Assembly: GCA_049325335.1 (NCBI GenBank)
Contig: JBMOMC010000001.1
Location: 64,001 to 128,000, forward strand
Origin: Nitrospirota bacterium
Lineage (GTDB): Bacteria > Nitrospirota > Nitrospiria > 2-01-FULL-66-17
DNA length: 64,000 nucleotides
Direction: 5' to 3'
Numbering within the stretch: the first letter of the stretch is position 1; every line of letters begins with the position of its first letter. Made by a program: the position numbers and the translations under genes. Of the stretch, positions 1 to 7,518 are shown piece by piece. A model generated the notes under the pieces. It was not told the DNA's origin and ran no database searches. It saw only the letters and a list, made by a program, of their open reading frames with translations.

Positions 1-3
1 CTC

Positions 4-810
4 GTGTTAGCCCCCACGCTGTGGAATCAGGGCGCGCGGCGGATCGACTACCTCGTGGCCACGCACCCGCAGCTTGACCACATCGGCGGGCTGGCGTTCG
101 TGGCGGATCGCTTTCCGATCGGCGAGGCCTGGATCAACGGCCGCCGACCCGACACCCGGGCGGCCCAGGCGTTCGACGCGGCCCTCACCGGACGCGGCGT
201 GCCGACGTCCGTTGTTCCCCGCGCACAACCCCTCTGGATCGACGCGGTCCGCGTCTGGCGCGTGAATCCCTTGGCCGAGGCGCCGTTCACCCCGTTGCCC
301 CATCGCGCGAGCGACAATGATCGGTCGATCGTCGTGCGCGTGGAATACGGCCGCGCCTCATTTCTGTTGACCGGCGACGTGGAATCCGAGGGCGAGCGCC
401 TCATGGCGGCCGCTGACCCGCGGTGGCATCTGCTGCGCAGCACCGTGTTGAAGATCCCCCACCACGGCAGCCGGGGCGCGCTAGACCCCGACTTCCTCCG
501 GGCGGTGGCGCCCAAAGTTGGCGTGATCTCGGTCGGCGCCACGAACACCTACGGTCACCCAGACCCGAAAACGCTCAAAGCGTATTCGCGCCTCAAGACC
601 GCGCTGTTTCGAACCGACGTGGACGGCGCGATCACGATGGTCACCGACGGCACGCGGCTCCACGTGTTCCGCTACGAAGATCTGACCGCGGCGAACGTGG
701 CCTGGGACCGCGGCATGGCGGAGGCGGAATGGCGCAACATCCGCACCGCGCTCGGTTCACCGACTCCGGCGTTGTCGCTGGATCTGACGAAGACCGAACC
801 GCCGCTGTAG
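4..810 (+). CDS. comEC: ComEC/Rec2 competence protein, C-terminal metallo-beta-lactamase domain (5' truncated by window edge)
   Basis: THPQLDHIGG, ND.SIV, LLTGD and KIPHHGS...N.YGHP motifs of the ComEC MBL domain. Confidence 0.9.
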   Translation: MLAPTLWNQGARRIDYLVATHPQLDHIGGLAFVADRFPIGEAWINGRRPDTRAAQAFDAALTGRGVPTSVVPRAQPLWIDAVRVWRVNPLAEAPFTPLPHRASDNDRSIVVRVEYGRASFLLTGDVESEGERLMAAADPRWHLLRSTVLKIPHHGSRGALDPDFLRAVAPKVGVISVGATNTYGHPDPKTLKAYSRLKTALFRTDVDGAITMVTDGTRLHVFRYEDLTAANVAWDRGMAEAEWRNIRTALGSPTPALSLDLTKTEPPL

Positions 811-838
811 GTCGGGGCACGGCATGTCTTGCCCCGAC
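807..838 (+). repeat. GTAG-led REP-like hairpin between convergent genes
   Basis: GTAG followed by gtcggggca...tgccccgac (9-bp arms); the GTAG contains the comEC stop codon. Confidence 0.55.
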
Positions 839-845
839 AGATGTG

Positions 846-1640
846 TTACCGGGGCTGGGACTGGTAGATCTTCAGCGCCTCGGGCATCCAGCCCTCGATC
901 CGCGCGATGCGGGTCCGATCGCTGGGGTGGGTGGAGAGGAACTCCGGCGGCGCGCCGTCCTTGCCTTGCTCCATGCGCGTCCAAAATTCGATGGACTGGC
1001 GCGGGTCGTAGCCGGCCTTGGCCATCAACAACAAACCGATTTCATCGGCTTCGGACTCCTGGTGTCGGCTGAACGGCAGGAGTACGCCCACCCCGCTGCC
1101 GATGCCGAACGCTTGTTCGACCTGTTTCTCGGTCTCCGGATTCCCGCCGCCGAAGATGATCCCCGCGGTCTTGCCGGCGACATCAGCCAACTGCCCCGTG
1201 GACATCCGCTCCGCGCCGTGACGCGCCAGCGCGTGCGCGATCTCGTGCCCCATCACCACGGCTAAGCCCGCCTCGTCTTTGGTGAACGGTAGAATGCCGG
1301 TGTAGACCACCACCTTGCCGCCTGGCAGGCAGAACGCGTTGGGCGTCTTGTCCTCAACCAGGTTGAACTCCCATTGATAGTTTGGTCGATCCGCCGCCTT
1401 GGCGATCCGGTCGCCCACACGCCGAACCATCGCGGCCGCCGCGACGTCGGCGCTGAGTGTGGATGACTTGAGGGTTTTCTTATACGCCTCCGCGCCGAGA
1501 CCCAGTTCTTGCTCGTCGGAGATCAGAATCAATTGATGTCGCCCCGTGAGCGGGACGGTTTGGCAGGCGGCCAACAATAGCGCCAACGCGCACGCCACGG
1601 TCACCCACCAGCGGTCGATCGCGGTCATACCCGACTCCAT
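846..1640 (-). CDS. M48 family Zn metallopeptidase, lipoprotein
   Basis: LAAC lipobox, NAFCLPGG, HEIAH, FSRHQESEAD, FLSTHP. Confidence 0.93.
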   Translation of the reverse strand: MESGMTAIDRWWVTVACALALLLAACQTVPLTGRHQLILISDEQELGLGAEAYKKTLKSSTLSADVAAAAMVRRVGDRIAKAADRPNYQWEFNLVEDKTPNAFCLPGGKVVVYTGILPFTKDEAGLAVVMGHEIAHALARHGAERMSTGQLADVAGKTAGIIFGGGNPETEKQVEQAFGIGSGVGVLLPFSRHQESEADEIGLLLMAKAGYDPRQSIEFWTRMEQGKDGAPPEFLSTHPSDRTRIARIEGWMPEALKIYQSQPR

Positions 1641-1719
1641 TCGGTTGGCGGATTATGGCACAGGGGGATGGATCGTCTCAACCCCAAGGCGCAGGAATCC
1701 TGCGTCAACGACGGACCGC
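1591..1719. repeat. 129-bp direct repeat, copy 1 (M48 5' end plus upstream region)
   Basis: Aligns without gaps to 4092-4220; 3 mismatches in the first 80 nt. Confidence 0.92.
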
Positions 1720-1765
1720 TGCGAGAGGGACGGCAAACTGTCCAGTCAATGACCGGACCATCGCG

Positions 1766-2208
1766 TTACCCCGGAATCTCAGATTCGACCAGGTGCACAA
1801 GCAGAGAGAGAGATTCTTGCCAGCCGAACACGCCTCCGGTGAAATGGCGCCGGGTATGCCTTCGTGCACGATGTGCACCTCGGTTCCGCAGAACACCTTC
1901 TTCAACGAGGCCGTTGTCTGCAGTTCCCCGGGCATGTTCGGATCATCGAATGCGTCCGTGTGACGAATGCGTTCATTGGGTATCAATTCAAGATAGGTTC
2001 CACCGAACGAATGGCTGTGGCCGGTCGTGAAGTTGGTGAACGACATCTTGTAGGTTCCGACGACTTTGGCCTCGAGATGATGAACTCTTCCCGTGAAGCC
2101 GTTCGGAGGAAGCCATTTGGTCATGGCGTCGGCATCAAGGAACGCCCGATAAATTCTCTCCGGCGTCGCACGAAGAACTCGGTGGAGACGGATGGTGTTC
2201 GTAGGCAT
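1766..2208 (-). pseudogene. SRPBCC/AHSA1-like protein, frameshifted near the C-terminus
   Basis: Starts MPTNTIRLHRVLRATPER. After ...PEAC the family-typical tail GWQESLSLLVHLVESEIPG* continues in another frame and ends at TAA 1766-1768. Confidence 0.8.
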
Positions 2209-2228
2209 GATTACCACTCCTTTCGATG

Positions 2229-2837
2229 TCACCCTGGCCGTTTGAAACCTTTGCGTGCGCGCTCAACTTTGGCTCTGATCACACAATCCGCGACATGATC
2301 GTTGATCAGCCCCATGGCTTGCATGAAGGCATACACCGTGGTGGGACCGACGAATTTCCAGCCCAGTTTTTTCAGATCTTTCGACAACGCCAGCGATTCC
2401 GCCGAGGTCGAGACGGTCTGCGGTTCCGGAAGTTGTTTCATGTCAGGTTCGTAACGCCAGATGAAGGCGGCCAGCGAGCCTTCCCGTTTGACGAGTTCCC
2501 GGGTCTGCCGAGCATTATTGACGACGGCCTCGATCTTGCCGCGGTGGCGGACGATCCCTTCGTCTTTGAGCAGACGATCGAGGTCGCGCTGGGTGAAGCG
2601 CGCAATCCTGTCAAAATCGAGATCATGGAAGGCGGCGCGGAAATTCTCGCGCTTGGCGAGGATGGTGCGCCAACTCAGTCCGGATTGAAAACCCTCCAGA
2701 CTCAATTTCTCGAACAAACGATGATCATCGCTGACCGGAACCCCCCATTCAGCGTCATGATAGGCGAGAAACTCCGGTGCGGCACCGCACCAGCGGCAAC
2801 GTGACTTGCCGTCGGGACCGACGATCGTCGCGCTCAT
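2229..2837 (-). CDS. tag: DNA-3-methyladenine glycosylase I
   Basis: RCRWC, YHDAEWG, LEGFQSGLSW, FVGPTTVYAFMQAMG, NDH...C. Confidence 0.93.
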   Translation of the reverse strand: MSATIVGPDGKSRCRWCGAAPEFLAYHDAEWGVPVSDDHRLFEKLSLEGFQSGLSWRTILAKRENFRAAFHDLDFDRIARFTQRDLDRLLKDEGIVRHRGKIEAVVNNARQTRELVKREGSLAAFIWRYEPDMKQLPEPQTVSTSAESLALSKDLKKLGWKFVGPTTVYAFMQAMGLINDHVADCVIRAKVERARKGFKRPG

Positions 2838-2866
2838 GTGCTTGCTGTCCTCGGCTTGAAAGTGAC

Positions 2867-3152
2867 TCAGCTGAGCAGAAACTTCAGTCGTTTATCGGCT
2901 TTTGACGGCGTGATTTCAAGAATTTCCGCGCTGACCACATTTTCCGCGTCAAACGGATCGTCGCTCACCCTGTGTTGAAGATCTGACAGCGACGTATTGT
3001 GTACCGTAATCCCACCGCCCGAATGAGGCTCAAGACTACCGACCAACAAAAATACGCCGTCGTCAAAACCCCGTTTGATCCATTCTTGGTGGCCTTCCAT
3101 GAATTGGTCCGCTTGGCCTTTTGCCAGAAAATTTCAGAAGTGCGATAAACCT
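2867..3152 (-). pseudogene. YciI-like small protein, start codon lost and frameshifted
   Basis: Upstream frame reads (AGG)FIALLKFSG, then shifts into GQADQFMEGHQEWIKRGFDDGVFLLVGSL...DDPF. Confidence 0.65.
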
Positions 3153-3174
3153 AGGATTTATTCTCCGATCAAAT

Positions 3175-3444
3175 TTGAAGGCGCGCCCGCGTCATCATTC
3201 TGGTACGGCCCATCGAACGCGGAGAGGTCCACGTCGTGATCGATGAGATCGTTGAGGGTGTACTCGAAGATACCTGGGAGGAGATGGCGATCGAGGGGGG
3301 CGTGCGAGCAACTGACCTTGCTCGTAGGAGTAGTCCTTGCGTATCGCCATCCGAACCTTCTTCGCCGCCTGAGCGGTCTGCGGGGGGGCACTAGCCAGAT
3401 GCGGTATTATAGCGGATTATAGACTCTTTCTACAGACGCAAGGC
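3175..3444 (-). mobile_element. IS1182-family-like remnant: left end plus frameshifted transposase N-terminus
   Basis: ATG at 3350 reads MAIRKDYSYEQGQLLA, shifts into LDRHLLPGIFEYTLNDLIDHDVDLSAFDGPYQNDDAGAP, then is truncated; end-like TCTGTAGAAAGAGTC near 3422-3436. Confidence 0.65.
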
Positions 3445-3451
3445 TTAGGCA

Positions 3452-3916
3452 CTACTCGCCTCCTTGTTGGCTTTGCCTCTCCTTGAGAAGCCAATAAGTT
3501 GCTCCCAAGGCCAGTGTGGCGGCCGCGAGGCCAAATACCTGACCCTCAGTGACTGTATGCAAATCCAAAATTATAAACTTTCGCGCAAGGGCCAAAAGAG
3601 CAATAAGCAGCACAACAGAAGTTTGGATGAAGCTCTGCTGACGCGTGACCACGTACTGCAGCGTGTGGTTGAACTCCAACGCAATCAGGAGAGTCATGAT
3701 TTCGCCAAAGACGGTCTGAAATACATCGTGATCCAACGGGTCAAGGGCACCCAGAATGAGGCCGGAGACCACCGTAAAGGTGAGTCGGAAGAGCGCCACT
3801 ACGACAATTAGCCCGATGATCAGAGTCAAGATCAGGGCGACAACGCCCTCGAACTTCTGGTAGTAGGTCAGGAGCGGCCAGTCATCCTGCAGACGCCTGA
3901 ATCCAGATAATGACAT
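3452..3916 (-). CDS. PsiE-family membrane protein (cassette-like)
   Basis: Four hydrophobic helices, LLIALEF and ALARKFIILD motifs; flanked by GTAAGGCAC and GTGCCTAA. Confidence 0.8.
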   Translation of the reverse strand: MSLSGFRRLQDDWPLLTYYQKFEGVVALILTLIIGLIVVVALFRLTFTVVSGLILGALDPLDHDVFQTVFGEIMTLLIALEFNHTLQYVVTRQQSFIQTSVVLLIALLALARKFIILDLHTVTEGQVFGLAAATLALGATYWLLKERQSQQGGE

Positions 3917-3940
3917 GGTGATCTTCCCCTCTCGCCTGCG

Positions 3941-3979
3941 GTGCCTTACTACAATTCGACATCCGACTTATTTCGACAA
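3941..3979 (-). other. attI-like recombination site, copy A
   Basis: ttgtcgaaataagtcggatgtcgaattgta-GTAAGGCAC; 29/32 identical to 7299-7330; lies directly before the PsiE-like gene. Confidence 0.6.
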
Positions 3980-3984
3980 TCCAA

Positions 3985-4062
3985 GTGAAAAACAGGGTCA
4001 GAGTGCTTTTTCACGTCGTGCTGGATTCCGCCCTACCTAAAAAAAGTACCCTGAGCCACCCC
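3985..4062. repeat. Small inverted-repeat element (GGGTCAGAGTGCTTTTT ... AAAAAGTACCCTGAGCC)
   Basis: 17-nt arms at 3995-4011 and 4041-4057, 14/17 complementary; abuts the truncated M48 copy. Confidence 0.55.
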
Positions 4063-4091
4063 AGTTTCTCCCAAACAACAACGCCGCCGCA

Positions 4092-4220
4092 CACGCCACG
4101 GTCACCCACCAGCGGTCGATTGCGGTCATACCCGACTCCATTCGGTCAGCGGATTATGGCACAGGGGGATGGTTCGGCTCAAGCCCGAGACGGCGAAATC
4201 TCGCGTCAACGATAGACCGC
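4092..4220. repeat. 129-bp direct repeat, copy 2, containing a truncated M48 gene start
   Basis: Minus strand encodes MESGMTAIDRWWVTVACAAALL and then breaks off. Confidence 0.92.
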
Positions 4221-4459
4221 GTTGCGATGAGCGGCCGATGCGATCTCGACCCTTCGTTCGGCGTCGTCGATGACGTACAACATCCGATAATCACCCACTC
4301 GGACTCTATACCCTTCACGGCCTTGGAGTTTCTTCCCCGTCACGGGGCGCGGATTGAATTTCAAAGAAAGGAGCTGATCGACAACCTTGTCGTGGATTCT
4401 TCGAGGAAGTGTGTCGCGTCTTTTTCCGCCGTTCGCTTGAGAACAACGGCGTACGGCAT
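4206..4459 (-). pseudogene. RelE/ParE-family toxin, 1-nt frameshift
   Basis: MPYAVVLKRTAEK, shift near 4418, then DTLPRRIHDKVVDQLLSLKFNPRPVTGKKLQGREGYRVRVGDYRMLYVIDDAERRVEIASAAHRNAVYR*; span is 254 nt. Confidence 0.85.
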
Positions 4460-4668
4460 TAACGCGTCTTTCGAGGCCGGTGAGCGAGGGAGTCGTCGAG
4501 CAAGTGGGACCGCTCCTTCACCTGCTGATCGAGACTCGCCAGATCAATCAGGTCCTCTCGGAACTCCCGATCCGCGAGCATGCGTTCCATAGTCGCGGCG
4601 CGCTCCTTCTTAGACAGTGTGCGGAACGCGGTCTAAACAACCTCGGCGGTTGCGTCAACGGCAGTCAT
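4459..4668 (-). pseudogene. Antitoxin of the RelE pair, internal TAG
   Basis: MTAVDATAEVV*TAFRTLSKKERAATMERMLADREFREDLIDLA...; its stop overlaps the toxin start (TAATG); in-frame TAG at 4633-4635. Confidence 0.75.
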
Positions 4669-4879
4669 CGTCGTCATCCCGATTTTGTAAGAACCTCGCG
4701 GCCCACGGTCGGATTCCCGACGAACGGCACGATGTCCCACACACCTCGGACCGGATGGACACGGAGTGTCGCAACTCTCTAGCCCCATCCCGGTCGGCCC
4801 CGCTGCGTTCAGACTTCGACGTGGTGTCGCCTGTACAACCGCACGGCGACGAGAAACTACGCTCCGACCCCAATTTTCT

Positions 4880-5998
4880 TTACACCACCGCGACCTTCAC
4901 GCAGTGGATCGGCGGAAGCGAGTCGAACAGGCAGCCCCACTCCTCGCCGCCGTCTCGCCCCATCCAGAGCTGGCCGGTCGTGGTCCCGAAGTAGAGCGCG
5001 GGCGACTTGAGCTCGTCGATATCCATCGCGTCGCGCTGGACCGTGAAGAAGCTCTCTTTCTTGGGCAACCCCTTGGCGAGCCGCTTCCACGAGGCACCGC
5101 CATCCTCGCTGCGCCAGACCGCTGGTGCGCCGCTGGGACAGGTGCGCGTCGCCGGCTCGAGCGGCAGCACGTAGACCGTGTCGGCGTCGTGCGGGTGCAC
5201 CACGATCGGAAAGCCGAAGTCGGAGGGCAGCCCCTTGGCGATCGAGCGCCACGTCTTGCCGTAGTCGTCGCTGCGCAGGACCCCGATGTCCGGGCGCGGC
5301 CCACCGGGCCCATCCCACTCGGCCCAGCCGCCGTGGTTCTGCATGTAGAGCCGACCGGGCGCGTCCTTGTGGCGCGCGATCTTGTGCACGCACTGGCCAA
5401 ACTCGGGATAGGGATCAGGCGCGAAGCCGGCGCCGACGCCCTGGTTGGATGCCGTGAACGTCGTACCGCCGTCCTCGCTCAGGTAGTGGCCGCCGGTCGA
5501 AATGCCGAGGTGCACCCGATCCCCGTCGCGCAAGATCGTGTGCATGCAGAGCCCGCCGTTCCCGGGCTGCCACTTGCGGGCGTGGTCGTGGTTGCTGATG
5601 CCGGGAACCATCTCCCAGGAATCGCCGGCGTCGCTGCTCGTAAAGAGTGACGCCGGCTCGGTGCCGCACCACAGATCCTTCTTGTTGTCGCCCGCTTCGA
5701 GCGACCAAATGTTGGCGAGCGCGCGCCCGTCCTCCTTCGGAAAGGCGGGCGCCGACTTCGTCTCCTTGAACGTCTTCCCGAGATTGGTCGAGCGCAACAC
5801 CTTCATGCCGAAGAAGGGGTTGCAGCTCGAGGCGTAGAGGCGCGGTGTGCCGCGCGTGTCGATCAGCGCGGCGTAGACGGCCACCCCTGATCCGAACGGC
5901 CCACGCAGAGCGAACCGGCCCCGGGTCTTCGCCGACTCGGCGACGAACAGGCCCTTCTTGGTCCCGATGCAGAGAATGACGCGTTCCGACATGGTCAA
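4880..5998 (-). CDS. BNR/Asp-box repeat beta-propeller (sialidase-like/WD40-YVTN) protein
   Basis: Repeated S.D.G.TW boxes (SSDAGDSW, SEDGGTTF, SDDYGKTW, SEDGGASW); GTKKGLF start. Confidence 0.88.
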   Translation of the reverse strand: MTMSERVILCIGTKKGLFVAESAKTRGRFALRGPFGSGVAVYAALIDTRGTPRLYASSCNPFFGMKVLRSTNLGKTFKETKSAPAFPKEDGRALANIWSLEAGDNKKDLWCGTEPASLFTSSDAGDSWEMVPGISNHDHARKWQPGNGGLCMHTILRDGDRVHLGISTGGHYLSEDGGTTFTASNQGVGAGFAPDPYPEFGQCVHKIARHKDAPGRLYMQNHGGWAEWDGPGGPRPDIGVLRSDDYGKTWRSIAKGLPSDFGFPIVVHPHDADTVYVLPLEPATRTCPSGAPAVWRSEDGGASWKRLAKGLPKKESFFTVQRDAMDIDELKSPALYFGTTTGQLWMGRDGGEEWGCLFDSLPPIHCVKVAVV

Positions 5999-6282
5999 CC
6001 TCCTGAGATCGCGGGTAGTATCATGATAACGTCCCCTGGCGCCAACGCCGTATCGAGCCCTTCTAAGTCGCGCACGTGCGACGTGTTCACGAACAAGTTG
6101 ACGTGGCGCCGCACCGTCCCCGTCTCGTCGCAGACGCTCCGGTACAGCGATACGTGGCTCCGCTCGAGTTGCTCAAGAGCGGCACGCACGCTCGGGGCCG
6201 ACAGAACAAGCTCCGAGGCGCCCTCGCAGTAGGCACGCAGCGCCCCTGGAACATAGATCGTGATGGTCATAGCTCGATCCAT
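5995..6282 (-). CDS. MoaD/ThiS-family ubiquitin-like sulfur-carrier protein
   Basis: About 90 aa, VNLFVN, C-terminal ISGG; overlaps the start of the BNR gene. Confidence 0.9.
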   Translation of the reverse strand: MDRAMTITIYVPGALRAYCEGASELVLSAPSVRAALEQLERSHVSLYRSVCDETGTVRRHVNLFVNTSHVRDLEGLDTALAPGDVIMILPAISGG

Positions 6283-6387
6283 CGCGGAACAAAGCGCCGC
6301 CCGCTGACGGCGCTGCGGTCAATCGAGCAAAATGCCGCCATCCTCACGAATCAGACACCTTCCATATGTTCCAAGGGGGCATTGCCT

Positions 6388-6481
6388 TTCGAACGCTCGA
6401 CACTGAGCCGCCACGCATAGACAGAACGAGCGAAGCTAGTGGCCCTGCTGTCGAGAGGTCGGGTCCAGTGTGTTGTTATGC
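6388..6481 (-). other. Integron attC site (94 bp)
   Basis: R'' GCATAAC overlapping the stop codon, spacer AACAC, L'' ACTGGACC then CGAC; ...GCG, L' GCTCAGT, spacer, R' GTTCGAA. Confidence 0.8.
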
Positions 6482-7279
6482 CACAAGTTCACGAACATTT
6501 ACGTCAAACTCTCGTTCAAGGAAAGCAATGGTTTTTGGTTGGCCATCAAGAGACGCACGCACATGTGTGGTCGTGTAGATACCCGCCTTGGCCTTCCACT
6601 TAGCCTGACCGCGATCCACAGCGGCGACCCATTTTACTGGCGCAACATATTCACAGAGTGAATTTGACTCGGCATTATCGGACATCTTCTGACAGCGGAG
6701 GCCATGACCGAGTAGCGGCTTGCCCTTAATTGCTACCTCACGTATTGGTTTGGCACGATCAGTGAGAACGCCGATTCCGACAAAGCCGTGATTCTTCAGA
6801 TAGGCCGCCACAACATCGCCTTTTTGAAACCCGAGCATTGCATCGCGCCAACGGATGCCTTGACCGGCCGAGATAAAACCAAGCTCCCTGTAATCGTCCC
6901 AGTTTCGGTGTGACCCCTCACCAACGTTGTAGTAGTAGATCCCAGACTGATAATCAAACCCCGAAAGTTCGAGGTGCATTGTGTTGTGGGGTCTGAAATT
7001 CTCCGAATAGTGCCCGGAGGAAACATTTGTCAGTTGTCGTCCAAGCTTCCATAACAACGTCTTTTCTACCAGGAACGCATCGTGTTCGGAGAGATCACGA
7101 GCGATCACGCGGATGATCGGTTTGAGCCCGGCCTTGTGTATCGCCGCGATACGGCGAGCTTTTTCCGAGTCTGACGTATCTGACAGGTGTGTGTCTTTTC
7201 GGGAGCCTCTACCCTTGCCAAAATAAAACTCTTCAAGGTTGCGAGGATCAATGTAAACGTAGACGTAGAAATTGTTCAC
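6476..7279 (-). CDS. GIY-YIG (LEM-3-like) nuclease with a C-terminal EVE/PUA-like domain; gene cassette
   Basis: FYVYVYIDPR...FYFGKG.GSR N-terminus; C-terminal RNWDDY..LGFISAGQG...GDVVAAYLK..GFVGIG; codon usage visibly more A/T-rich than the core genes. Confidence 0.75.
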   Translation of the reverse strand: MNNFYVYVYIDPRNLEEFYFGKGRGSRKDTHLSDTSDSEKARRIAAIHKAGLKPIIRVIARDLSEHDAFLVEKTLLWKLGRQLTNVSSGHYSENFRPHNTMHLELSGFDYQSGIYYYNVGEGSHRNWDDYRELGFISAGQGIRWRDAMLGFQKGDVVAAYLKNHGFVGIGVLTDRAKPIREVAIKGKPLLGHGLRCQKMSDNAESNSLCEYVAPVKWVAAVDRGQAKWKAKAGIYTTTHVRASLDGQPKTIAFLEREFDVNVRELVA

Positions 7280-7292
7280 GGCTTCTTCTTAG

Positions 7293-7330
7293 GGCATAAC
7301 TACAATTCGACGTCCGAATGATTTCGACAA
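7293..7330 (-). other. attI-like recombination site, copy B
   Basis: ttgtcgaaatcattcggacgtcgaattgta-GTTATGCC; GTTATGCC is the exact complement of the cassette's R'' GGCATAAC. Confidence 0.7.
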
Positions 7331-7518
7331 ACCCAGCGCTCACAGCGTCCTAACCGCCCCGACGGTCCTGCGATGGGAAACATCACTCCCGTCAACAATA
7401 CAAAAATATTATTTTCATTCCGAGAGCTGGTCTACATGGGCACACGCCCGCCAGCATACCGATTTTGCTTGGCGTGATCAACCGCGATACGCGCGGCGGA
7501 ATACGGACGGGGTGGGGC

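Noticed and set aside
1700..1770. attC-like reading after the SRPBCC stop (GGGTAAC...GTTGACG)
   Set aside because: The hairpin gtccggtca/tgactggac is local and the L and R boxes are not spaced as in attC.
4633..4635. In-frame TAG as pyrrolysine or recoding
   Set aside because: The neighbouring genes are pseudogenes and TAG is a normal stop elsewhere in the window.
4880..6387. MoaD-BNR pair as the next cassette after the attC
   Set aside because: No complementary R'' or attC follows the BNR gene; it is more likely non-cassette DNA.
7331..7500. Possible intI or RAYT transposase remnant next to attI copy B (ATGGGCACACGCCCGCCAG..., VINR)
   Set aside because: Only a few residues resemble a RAYT N-terminus and nothing resembles IntI; too weak to call.
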